Part shown: positions 55,673-64,000 of the stretch, one piece after another | Layout: each line of letters begins with the position of its first letter | Position numbering within the stretch: the first letter of the stretch is position 1 | Assembly: GCA_963713825.1 (NCBI GenBank) | Contig: CAVQNG010000003.1 | Location: 288,001-352,000 of the forward strand | Length of the DNA: 64,000 nucleotides | Origin: an uncultured Acidobacteriota bacterium | GTDB taxonomy: Bacteria > Acidobacteriota > Thermoanaerobaculia > Multivoradales > JAHEKO01 | Direction of reading: 5' to 3' | The notes under the pieces: model-generated | Told to the model about the DNA's origin: nothing | Database searches by the model: none | What the model saw: the letters and a program-made list of their open reading frames with translations, nothing else | Translations under genes and position numbers: made by a program

Positions 55673-57628
55673 GTGAAACTCCGCTCAGCTCTACTAGCCC
55701 TGGCAATCGCTGGACCATTGCTGTCCTGCGGTGGGGGCTCATCCGACGGCAAGGTCATCTTCCTCGGGATCGACGGCCTCGACCCCTTGGCGATCGATCT
55801 GTTGATGTCCGAGGGGAAGCTGCCCAACTTCGCTCGCCTGAGGCAGGACGGAGCCTACGGTCGCCTGATCAGTCAGAAGCCGATCTTGAGCCCCATCATC
55901 TGGACGACGATCGCCACCGGCAAGACCCCGGGGCAGCACGGGATCGGACATTTCGTCGCCGCCGATCCCCAGACCGGCGAGAGTCTGCCTGTGACCAGTG
56001 ATCTGCGGCAGGTAGAGGCTCTCTGGAACATCGCCGCCAAGGCGGGTAGACGCCCCGCTGTGGTCGGGTGGTGGGCAACCTGGCCGCCGGAGCCCATCGA
56101 TGGCCTCATCGTCAGTGACCACACCTCCTACCACTTTCTCTTCGAGGAAGGCTTCACGGGGGCCGGGGCTCAGCAGGAAACCACCCATCCACCAGAGCTC
56201 GCCTCCGAGATCGCACCTCTACTCCGCCGCCCGACGGATCTCACCTACGAGGAAATCTCCCCATTCGTCGACATCAGCCCCGAGGCGTTCTCACAGCCGT
56301 TCGATCTGTCCGACGACCTGGGGCATTTCAAATGGGCCCTGGCCACGGCGAAGAGCTACCGAGACATCGGGCTCCAGCTCTGGCGGCAGGAGAAGCCAGC
56401 CCTGGAGATGGTCTACATCGAGGGCGTGGACTCGACCTCCCACCTGTTCGGCCATCTCTTCAGGGTCGAGGGTCTGGTTGGTGAGCTGGCCGACCAACAA
56501 TCGAAGTACGGCAAGACCGTCGAGCAGATGTACCGCTTCGCCGACGATCTGGTAGGGCAGTATCTCGAGGCAATGGACGACGACACCACGCTGGTCGTGG
56601 CATCGGACCATGGATTTCGGCTCGGTGAGCTGCACGACGACCCGAGCCGCGTTCGGGACATGCGTCGGGTCAGCGAGCGGTTCCACCGCATAGAAGGCAT
56701 CCTCTATCTCTACGGTCGCGGAGTGAAGCGGCATTCGAGACTCGACAAGCCCGTCCTTGTCGATGTTGCTCCCACAGTGCTCGCCCTGCTCGACTTGCCG
56801 GCCGCCGAGGACATGCCGGGCAGGGTGCTCACGGAAGCCCTGGAGATTCCGCAGGTACCAGACCGCATCGCCTCCTACGAAGCCGGCGAGCGTGGCGAGC
56901 AGGAAGGTGTCGCCAGGGACGAGGAAGTGGACCAGGCTGTGATCGAGCGACTGGAGGCCCTCGGCTATCTGGGTGGAGTTCAATCGAGCGAGGGCGAGCG
57001 CAACCTGGCGGCGATCGCCTTTGAGGAGGGCCGCCTGGAAGACGCCGTCGAGATCTACGAGCGCCTCATCGAAGCCGAGCCCGAGGAAGCCGGCCTCCAC
57101 ACCAGCCTGGCTGGTGCCTACGGTGTCATGGGCAACTACGAGGCGGCCCTCGGGCAGCTCGAGATGGCTCTAAAGCTCGAGCCCCTGAACGTGGAGGCCT
57201 ACCACAACCGGGCCGTGATCCATGAGCGTCAGGGCCGACGCGAGCTCGCTCTCGCCGACTACAGCACCGCTTTGCGCTATGCACCGGACTACGAGCCATC
57301 GCGGGCCGCCATGCTTCGCCTCACCGGCAGCGCTTCGGCGAACGCTCCGCAGAGCGAGGTCGAGCAGCAGGCCGGCTTTCTCGCCGAGAAGGCCAGCCTG
57401 GCCGCCCGGCGTGGTGACTACGACACGGCTCTGACACTGCTCGATCGTGCCGAGGGAATCGCCCCCCAATACAGCCTGGTGCACCAGTATCGATCCAACG
57501 TCGCCTATCTCATGGGTGATCGAGCGGCTGCCATCGCAGCGCTGGAGCGGGCCCTCGAGCTCGAGCCAGACAACGCGCTGTTCCAGGAGAACCTGAAGCG
57601 TTTGAAAGAAAGTCCCACCGAGCAGTAG
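55673..57628 (+). CDS. Alkaline-phosphatase-superfamily (type I phosphodiesterase-like) lipoprotein with TPRs
   Basis: Lipobox LLSC; LGIDG, SPIIWTTIATG, D.TSH, ASDHGF, DVAPTVL, RLEALGYL; C-terminal TPRs. Confidence 0.88.
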   Translation: MKLRSALLALAIAGPLLSCGGGSSDGKVIFLGIDGLDPLAIDLLMSEGKLPNFARLRQDGAYGRLISQKPILSPIIWTTIATGKTPGQHGIGHFVAADPQTGESLPVTSDLRQVEALWNIAAKAGRRPAVVGWWATWPPEPIDGLIVSDHTSYHFLFEEGFTGAGAQQETTHPPELASEIAPLLRRPTDLTYEEISPFVDISPEAFSQPFDLSDDLGHFKWALATAKSYRDIGLQLWRQEKPALEMVYIEGVDSTSHLFGHLFRVEGLVGELADQQSKYGKTVEQMYRFADDLVGQYLEAMDDDTTLVVASDHGFRLGELHDDPSRVRDMRRVSERFHRIEGILYLYGRGVKRHSRLDKPVLVDVAPTVLALLDLPAAEDMPGRVLTEALEIPQVPDRIASYEAGERGEQEGVARDEEVDQAVIERLEALGYLGGVQSSEGERNLAAIAFEEGRLEDAVEIYERLIEAEPEEAGLHTSLAGAYGVMGNYEAALGQLEMALKLEPLNVEAYHNRAVIHERQGRRELALADYSTALRYAPDYEPSRAAMLRLTGSASANAPQSEVEQQAGFLAEKASLAARRGDYDTALTLLDRAEGIAPQYSLVHQYRSNVAYLMGDRAAAIAALERALELEPDNALFQENLKRLKESPTEQ

Positions 57629-59593
57629 GTGCCGATGACGTCGACTAACGCTGCCGGCGGCCAGGATGCCAGGAGGCTCCATGCCCTCGTCCTCGGGCTG
57701 TCCCTCTTCCTGATCTACGCCTGGGGCGCCAGCCGCGCCATCTACGTCGGCGACAGCGGCGAGTTGGTGGCTGCGGTCCACACGCTGGGCATTCCACATC
57801 CGAGCAGCTACCCGCTCTACGTACTTCTGGGAAAGCTCTGGACGGTACTCGTTCCGGTTGGCTCCATCGCCTTCCGAATGAGCCTGTTCAGCGCCTTCTG
57901 CGCCGCCGCAGCGGTGGCGGGCCTCTACCTCCTGGGCCGACGCCTTGGACTCTCCACGATTCCTGCTCTGTTCTCGTGCTTGCTGCTCGCCTTCAGCCCC
58001 AGCTTCTGGTCCCAGGCCAACATCCAGAGGGTCTACAGCCTCAACGCATTGCTTCTGGTCATGGCCCTGAGCCTTGCCGCGGCCTGGTACCAATCGCGAC
58101 AGCCCAGAGCACTCGTCGCGGCGTTCTTCGTGGCGGCTCTGGGAGCCACGAATCACACCTACATGGGGGTCTTTGCGATCGCCCTGGGGGTGTCCGCACT
58201 CATTGCCGAACCGGGACTCCTGCGCAAGCCCCGAACGCTGATCGCCTCGGGGGCGGCGTTCGTTCTAGGGCTCGTACCGTATCTGTACCTTCCTCTTCGC
58301 TCCCGCGCCAATCCCCGGCTCGATTGGGGAAACCCCGAGACGATTCGAGGCGCGATCGATGTGATCTTGCGACGCGAGGCATGGGAGAGAGCCTGGATCG
58401 AGTCGCCAGCCGACCTGCTCACGATCGCCGGAGATCTTCTGCTTCGCATCGGAATCGAGCTCTTCTGGCTGGGAGCTGTTCTGGCCCTGGTCGGGCTCTT
58501 GTGGGCCAGGGCAAAAAAATGGCCCGTTCTCCTGCTCCTTCTGGCCGTCTTCGGCAACTATCTGGCGATGGCTCTGCACGGGTCTCGCAGCGATCTATTT
58601 ATCTGGTATCGCTACTACATCCCGACGTTCGTCATCCTCGCTCTGCTCGCGGGCCTGGGGCTGGAGCTCGTCCGTGAGCACCTTTCTCCCAAGCTCGCGG
58701 CGGCAGCCCTCCTGTTGCCATTGACCATGCTCGTGGTGGGCTATCCACAGTTCGATCGCAGTCACTTCCGTATCGCAGACGATTTCAGTAGAACGCTGCT
58801 ATCGACGCTGCCTCCAGGCGCCCACCTGAGCGCCAGCGACGACAACATCCTCTTTGTGCTGATCTATCTGCAACTGGTGGAAGGGGTGCGGCCCGATGTC
58901 GACCTGATCCTCCAGGGCGTTGGGGGGGCCGACCTACCCCCATTGCGCTTCGACCCGGACGCCGACCCTCTCTACTTCACGCACCACCCCAACTGGGAGG
59001 TGCCAGAGCTCGATATTGTCGGCACAGGTCTGACGTTTCGGATTCAAAGGGGGGGCACACCTGTCCCGGAGCCAGTCATCCCGAAGACCGAGCTCGACGG
59101 CGAGATGGACCCGTCAGTTCCAAAGGACTACCTGACCCAGAACCTGATCGGTCACTTTCACTACATGCAAGGTGTGACCTTCGAGCGCTTGGACTGGCCC
59201 AGGGCCGAGGCAGCGTTCGCCAGGGCCCGCCATGCAGCGCCGAACAACGATGTGCTGTTCTACAACCTGGGGTTGATCTACCGCCGAAACGGCCTCCTCG
59301 ACCGCTCCCTCACCGCCTTCGAGCGCTCCGAGGCCATCAATCCCCGACACATCGCCTCGAGCAGCCGGGTGCGGGCCGCCGACCGTATTGGTGAGTTGGA
59401 GGACGAGGTAGAGAGGCTGGGTCGACTCGAAGCCGAGCTTGCCGAGGCCAAACCCATTCGAGGGCTCGACCCCGACTCTGCCGAGTACCACCAGGCGATG
59501 GCAGCAAGCCTCTTCTCGCAAGGCGAGCCCCTTGCAGCCCGGGGTCACGCCCTCAGAGCGATCGAAGCTCAGGCTCTCTCCTCTGCAGGCTGA
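57629..59593 (+). CDS. DUF2723 (TMEM260-like) GT-C glycosyltransferase with TPRs
   Basis: GDSGELVAA..TLGIPHP..YPLY, FSPSFWSQA...VYSLN, TNH, YLYLPLRS..NP.LDWGNP, RYYIP, DDN..F...YLQ.VEGVRPDV; many TM helices. Confidence 0.88.
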   Translation: MPMTSTNAAGGQDARRLHALVLGLSLFLIYAWGASRAIYVGDSGELVAAVHTLGIPHPSSYPLYVLLGKLWTVLVPVGSIAFRMSLFSAFCAAAAVAGLYLLGRRLGLSTIPALFSCLLLAFSPSFWSQANIQRVYSLNALLLVMALSLAAAWYQSRQPRALVAAFFVAALGATNHTYMGVFAIALGVSALIAEPGLLRKPRTLIASGAAFVLGLVPYLYLPLRSRANPRLDWGNPETIRGAIDVILRREAWERAWIESPADLLTIAGDLLLRIGIELFWLGAVLALVGLLWARAKKWPVLLLLLAVFGNYLAMALHGSRSDLFIWYRYYIPTFVILALLAGLGLELVREHLSPKLAAAALLLPLTMLVVGYPQFDRSHFRIADDFSRTLLSTLPPGAHLSASDDNILFVLIYLQLVEGVRPDVDLILQGVGGADLPPLRFDPDADPLYFTHHPNWEVPELDIVGTGLTFRIQRGGTPVPEPVIPKTELDGEMDPSVPKDYLTQNLIGHFHYMQGVTFERLDWPRAEAAFARARHAAPNNDVLFYNLGLIYRRNGLLDRSLTAFERSEAINPRHIASSSRVRAADRIGELEDEVERLGRLEAELAEAKPIRGLDPDSAEYHQAMAASLFSQGEPLAARGHALRAIEAQALSSAG

Positions 59594-59651
59594 TCGCGCC
59601 CCAATCCTGCCGGTATGAAACGTCCATCGTGCCCAAAGAGTGGTCGAGGGA

Positions 59652-59665
59652 ATGACATTTGTCAC
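59652..59665. promoter_or_regulatory. Candidate DesR/NarL-type operator
   Basis: ATGACA-TT-TGTCAC inverted repeat upstream of the ABC plus two-component operon. Confidence 0.6.
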
Positions 59666-59740
59666 CCGAGATTGCTGACGATCCTCCCTGATCAATGAGT
59701 CGTCTGACAGCCACAATGTCTCCATCAAAGGAGGCATTCG

Positions 59741-60646
59741 ATGGCAAACCACGAACCACACGTCATAGCCGAGCTCCAGAACGTCTGGAAGTCCTACGGC
59801 GAGCTGATGGCTCTTTATGGTCTCGACCTGGAAGTCAGGGCCGGTGAGGTCCTGGCAATTCTGGGACCCAACGGCGCTGGAAAGACGACCACCGTCAACC
59901 TGCTTCTCGGGCTGGCCGAGCCCCTCCAGGGGAGCGTACGGGTCTTCGGCTGTGCACCCGACGACTCGCGAAGCCGCACTCGGGTCGGAGCCATGCTGCA
60001 GATCTCCGCGGTTCCACAGACCTTGCGAGTTGCCGAGCTCGTCGAGCTGTTCTCGAGTTACTACCCAGACCCACTCGCTCTTGCGGAGACTCTGCGCATC
60101 GCCGGACTCGAGGGTCTCGAGAAACGTCCCTTCGGACAGCTCTCGGGCGGCCAGCGGCAACGGGTGCTCTTTGCCCTGTCGATCTGCGGGGATCCGGAGC
60201 TGCTCTACCTCGATGAGCCTACGACCGGTCTCGATGTCGAGGCGCGGCGCGCGCTCTGGCAGCAGATCAGGACCTTCGTCGCGCGCGGTCGAAGTGTCGT
60301 CCTGACTACCCATTACCTGGAGGAGGCCGATGCCCTGGCCGATCGGATCGTCCTACTCAACGAGGGCCGTTCCATTGCCGAGGGCTCGCCCGCCATGATC
60401 AAGGCTCGCGTTCAGGGGCGCCGCATCCGCTGCCGTACTCGCCTGCACACCTCCGAGATCGATGGCATTCCAGGTGTCAAGAGCGTCGAAGCTCTAGATG
60501 GCACGATCGAGATCCTCACTTCCCGAGCCGAACCGGTCGTTCGCGAGCTCCTGATGCGCGACGGCGAGCTGTCGGACCTCGAAGTCATCGGCGCCGCTCT
60601 CGACGATGCATTCCTCGCCCTGACCAACAAGAAGGAGGCAGCATGA
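59741..60646 (+). CDS. ABC-2 type transporter ATP-binding protein
   Basis: GPNGAGKTT, LSGGQRQR, LDEPTTGLD, TTHYLEEA. Confidence 0.93.
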   Translation: MANHEPHVIAELQNVWKSYGELMALYGLDLEVRAGEVLAILGPNGAGKTTTVNLLLGLAEPLQGSVRVFGCAPDDSRSRTRVGAMLQISAVPQTLRVAELVELFSSYYPDPLALAETLRIAGLEGLEKRPFGQLSGGQRQRVLFALSICGDPELLYLDEPTTGLDVEARRALWQQIRTFVARGRSVVLTTHYLEEADALADRIVLLNEGRSIAEGSPAMIKARVQGRRIRCRTRLHTSEIDGIPGVKSVEALDGTIEILTSRAEPVVRELLMRDGELSDLEVIGAALDDAFLALTNKKEAA

Positions 60647-61455
60647 CCACCACAGCCCAGTCCGTCGCGACTCCCATGGATGGCAAGTCCCGCAGCCTCA
60701 CCAGGATCTTCACCCTCGAGGCCAAGTACGAGCTCTTGAAGCTCCTGCGGATGCCGGCCTACGCCATACCCACGGTGATGTTCCCTCTGCTCTTCTACGT
60801 CTTCTTCGGACTCGTCTTCGGCGGTGGACGCATGGCGGGACCGGTCAACATGCCCACCTATCTGCTCGCCACCTACGGCGCCTTCGGAGTCATCGGGGCC
60901 TCGCTCTTTGGCTTCGGCGTCGGGGTCGCCATCGAGCGCGGTCAGGGTTGGATGCTGCTCAAGCGGGCCACCCCCATGCCGCCCCTGGCCTACTTCACCG
61001 CCAAGATCTTCATGGCCCTGACCTTCAGTCTGATCATCGTCCTGGGCCTCTTCGCGCTCGCGGCAATCTTTGGCGGCGTCACTATGCCCGCCTCCGCCTG
61101 GCTGTCGCTGGCCGCGGTGCTGATTGCCGGGGCGCTCCCCTTCTGTGCCTTCGGCCTAGCCCTGGGCTATTTCTGCGGCCCCAACTCGGCGCCGGCGATT
61201 GTCAATCTCTTGTACCTGCCGCTGGCGTTCCTGTCGGGTCTCTGGATCCCGGTGCAGGCGCTGCCCGGCCTGCTCCAAAATCTGGCGCCGGCCCTACCTC
61301 CTTACCACTTCAGTCAGTTGGCGCTCGCTCAGATCGGCGCATCGGCCGGCCCGGCACCCTGGGTCAGCATCCTCTATCTGGCAGTCTTCACAGCTCTGTC
61401 TCTTGGCCTCGCATTGTTCGGCTATCGCCGCGACGAGGGCAAGACCTACGGCTAG
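60643..61455 (+). CDS. ABC-2 type permease (YvfS-like)
   Basis: About six TM helices; AIERGQGW...RATP, FLSGLWIP, LPPYH. Confidence 0.9.
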   Translation: MTTTAQSVATPMDGKSRSLTRIFTLEAKYELLKLLRMPAYAIPTVMFPLLFYVFFGLVFGGGRMAGPVNMPTYLLATYGAFGVIGASLFGFGVGVAIERGQGWMLLKRATPMPPLAYFTAKIFMALTFSLIIVLGLFALAAIFGGVTMPASAWLSLAAVLIAGALPFCAFGLALGYFCGPNSAPAIVNLLYLPLAFLSGLWIPVQALPGLLQNLAPALPPYHFSQLALAQIGASAGPAPWVSILYLAVFTALSLGLALFGYRRDEGKTYG

Positions 61456-61500
61456 AAACCCGTGGCTCGAGAGTTCTGTGAGCTACACTGAGGAGCCCCC

Positions 61501-62673
61501 ATGCGTCTGATTCCGAAAGCGGACGAGCTCGGTTGGACCCCGTACGCCTGGCTGGTCTACCTGGGCATCTTCTGGTTGGCAGCCCTGGTTGACGACCCAA
61601 CGCCTACGGACTGGACTCTCACCGCTCTCGGCACGGCCCTCTTCCTGCCACTCTATTTCTGGGGCTACTGGCTCTCCGGCCGCAAGGCCCTGATCGCCGT
61701 AGCCGGGATCACGCTGCTGGGCATCGTGTTCGCGCCAATCAACTGGGGCTCCAGTGTCTTCTTCGTCTTTGCGGCGGGCCATCTGGGCTATGTGGGTCCG
61801 GCGGGCTTTGCCTTCCGGCTGCTACTCGTGCTGGCCGCTCTTCCTCCGCTCGAAGCCTGGCTACTCGATCTGTCGCCCTTCTTCTGGATCCCGGGCATGG
61901 TCTTCAGCCTCCTCGTCGGTGGCATCAACATTCACCACGCCGGTGTGCGGCGTTCGCAGGCCGCGCTCCGACGCACACAGGACGAGGTCGAAAGGCTGGC
62001 CAAGCTGGCCGAGCGCGAAAGGATCGCCCGCGATCTGCACGATCTGCTGGGGCACACCCTGACCGTGATCACCCGCAAGTCGGAGTTGGCTCGCCGGTTG
62101 GCCGACAAGGATCCCGAGCGGGCGGTCCAAGAGATCGCCGAGGTCGAACAGGTGGCTCGCGATGCCCTCAAAGAGGTCCGCACCGCACTCAGCGGGTTCC
62201 GACAGACGGACTTCTCGACGGAGCTGGCGCAGGCCCGCGTGGCGCTGCAGTCGGCCCTGATCCACTTCGAGGCGGAGGTCGATGCGATCGACATCGATCC
62301 TGCGACAGAGCAGGTACTCGCATTGGCTCTTCGCGAAGCCACCACCAACGTCCTGCGCCATTCGCAGGCCGACTCGTGCCGGGTGCGCCTCGAGAACTTG
62401 GAGGATCAGGTCCGGCTCAGCGTACAGGACAACGGCAAGGGCACCGCGGGGCGAGATGGTGCGGCCCAGGACGGCCTCGGCTTGACTGGAATGCGGGAGC
62501 GGGTGAGCGCCCTGGACGGTGACTTCAACGTCGAGGGACGAGGAGGGACGACGGTGACGATCACACTACCCGTCACGCGAACTGCCGACAGCATGGCCCG
62601 GTCGAGCCAGCGGATTCGATCCGACAAGCCGTTCTCCCCCTGCAACCCAGAACCGTCAGGGGCCGAAGGATGA
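61501..62673 (+). CDS. Sensor histidine kinase, DesK/YvfT-like (HisKA_3)
   Basis: N-terminal TM helices; ERERIARDLHDLLGHTL, REATTNVLRHS, DNGKG, GLTGMRER. Confidence 0.93.
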   Translation: MRLIPKADELGWTPYAWLVYLGIFWLAALVDDPTPTDWTLTALGTALFLPLYFWGYWLSGRKALIAVAGITLLGIVFAPINWGSSVFFVFAAGHLGYVGPAGFAFRLLLVLAALPPLEAWLLDLSPFFWIPGMVFSLLVGGINIHHAGVRRSQAALRRTQDEVERLAKLAERERIARDLHDLLGHTLTVITRKSELARRLADKDPERAVQEIAEVEQVARDALKEVRTALSGFRQTDFSTELAQARVALQSALIHFEAEVDAIDIDPATEQVLALALREATTNVLRHSQADSCRVRLENLEDQVRLSVQDNGKGTAGRDGAAQDGLGLTGMRERVSALDGDFNVEGRGGTTVTITLPVTRTADSMARSSQRIRSDKPFSPCNPEPSGAEG

Positions 62674-63272
62674 TCCGTGTCATCATCGCCGAAGACCAGG
62701 GCCTCGTCCTGGGTGCTCTCGCCGCTCTCCTCGACATGGAGGACGACATCGAGGTGGTGGCAACCGCTGAGACCGGCAACGATGCGTTGGAGAAGGCCCT
62801 CGAATTCGAACCCGACGTCGTCTTGACGGACATCGAGATGCCAGGCATGACGGGTCTCGAGCTGTTGCAGGCTCTCAAGGAGAAGAGCTTCTCCGGAAGA
62901 GTGATCATCGTCACGACCTTCGGTCGTAGCGGCTACCTGCGGCGCGCCCTCGAAGGTGGCGCCGCCGGCTATCTGCTCAAGGACACACCGGCCGAGGAAC
63001 TTGCCGAGGCCGTGCGCCGGGTTCACCAGGGACTGCGTGCGGTAGCCCCGGAGCTGGCCGCTCAGGCATGGGGCGAGCCCGATCCGCTGACCGACCGCGA
63101 GCGCCAGGTACTGCAGCTCGCCGGCGAAGGTTTGTCGAACTCCAAGATCGCCGAGGAGCTTCATCTCTCCGAGGGCACCGTGCGCAACTACCTGTCCGAC
63201 GCCATCGGCAAGCTCGGCGCCGCCAACCGGACGGAGGCCGCCCGGCTGGCTCGTAAGCAGGGCTGGCTTTAG
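62670..63272 (+). CDS. Response regulator, DesR/NarL family
   Basis: AEDQ, DIEMP, TTF, GYLLKD, LuxR-type HTH LTDRE...LSEGTVRNY. Confidence 0.94.
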   Translation: MIRVIIAEDQGLVLGALAALLDMEDDIEVVATAETGNDALEKALEFEPDVVLTDIEMPGMTGLELLQALKEKSFSGRVIIVTTFGRSGYLRRALEGGAAGYLLKDTPAEELAEAVRRVHQGLRAVAPELAAQAWGEPDPLTDRERQVLQLAGEGLSNSKIAEELHLSEGTVRNYLSDAIGKLGAANRTEAARLARKQGWL

Positions 63273-63283
63273 CCGGGTTCCCG

Positions 63284-64000
63284 CTACGGCAAGGACTCCA
63301 CCTGCGAGCTCCACCGCCAGGGGCCACCCCACTCGAAATCGTCGCAGTAGATGCAATATTCAATGTCCCGACCGATGATGAACGCATCGTTGGTGTTGTC
63401 GGGTTTGGGATCGCCATCCCACGTCAGGCTTCGCCAGTTTGTGGCCAGCCGCCCGTACCACCCGTGAGCACCTGGGAAACCCTGATCATTGTCGTTGTCC
63501 CAGACGTTGTATTGCACCTGTGGACCGTCGAACTGGTTCGAACCGGTCACCAGCCTCGCCTCGATGCTATCGCCCAGGTCGGCACCACTCGCCACTGCGC
63601 TGCTCCACACCACCAGGAAGCCCATTGGACCGTAGTCGGCCAGACGCGGTTCCTCCTGTCCGCCGTCGATCACCGTGTTCACTCGAAAATCGGCTGCCAG
63701 GGGATTCAGATCCGAGTCGAACAACCTGGCTCGGATCTCTCTGCCGTTCGTGCCGCCATCACCCTCGGCATCGGACCAGACCGCGGCCACGACACCGTCC
63801 CAGCCCAGGGCGACATCGTTGTCCTGTTTCTGCGCCACAAAGGAGCTGCTGACCTTGAAGTCGTTACCGATCGGCCCTCCGGCGGCGTTGAATCTCCGGC
63901 CCCAGATCTCCTGATCCGCGATCCATATGGCGAAGAACCCTCCGTCGGGGAGCTCGGTCACCGAGGGAATGTTCTGGCTGGGCGGCCCCGTCGAGTTGAC
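63284..64000 (-). CDS. Third, divergent repeat protein with a variant tail; 5' part lies outside the window
   Basis: G.F...W, GRRFNAAGGPIGNDFKV, ADFRVNT...Q..P repeats; tail IYCDDFEWGGPWRWSS; the frame is open to the window edge. Confidence 0.75.
   Translation of the reverse strand, partial: VNSTGPPSQNIPSVTELPDGGFFAIWIADQEIWGRRFNAAGGPIGNDFKVSSSFVAQKQDNDVALGWDGVVAAVWSDAEGDGGTNGREIRARLFDSDLNPLAADFRVNTVIDGGQEEPRLADYGPMGFLVVWSSAVASGADLGDSIEARLVTGSNQFDGPQVQYNVWDNDNDQGFPGAHGWYGRLATNWRSLTWDGDPKPDNTNDAFIIGRDIEYCIYCDDFEWGGPWRWSSQVESLP

Noticed and set aside
1-64000. Many long overlapping alternative-frame and antisense ORFs in the track
   Set aside because: Expected in high-GC DNA; they are Arg/Pro/Gly-rich, lack motifs and overlap well-supported genes

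Overview
GC-rich bacterial chromosomal window (roughly 60-65% GC by eye). Gene content suggests an Acidobacteriota (Thermoanaerobaculia-like) heterotroph: several Hanks-type Ser/Thr kinases, many secreted peptidases/hydrolases, and proteins ending in FxDGFESG. This taxonomy is inference. About 45 genes are present. Highlights: (1) a TPP riboswitch heading a TonB receptor-PnuC-NadR-like kinase operon; (2) a eukaryote-like lysine-ketoglutarate reductase plus saccharopine dehydrogenase pair; (3) a VapBC-type TA module with an apparently leaderless promoter; (4) a LolA-like/ABC/outer-membrane-barrel export operon; (5) two secreted 7-repeat (58-aa) proteins and a partial third relative, with a shared C-terminal F-x-D-G-F-E-S-G-D-x-x-x-W tail (variant in the third), the tandem pair lying divergent from an alkaline-phosphatase-superfamily/TPR lipoprotein and a DUF2723 (TMEM260-like) glycosyltransferase; (6) an ABC plus DesK/DesR-type module with a matching inverted-repeat operator. 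The best candidate for an undescribed system is the conserved tail, read as a possible sorting signal, together with the neighbouring glycosylation and export genes. About 13 single-base frameshifts, all in the first ~15 kb, look like sequencing errors. No rRNA, tRNA, CRISPR array, integrase or transposase was seen. All family calls come from motif recognition by eye, not database searches.
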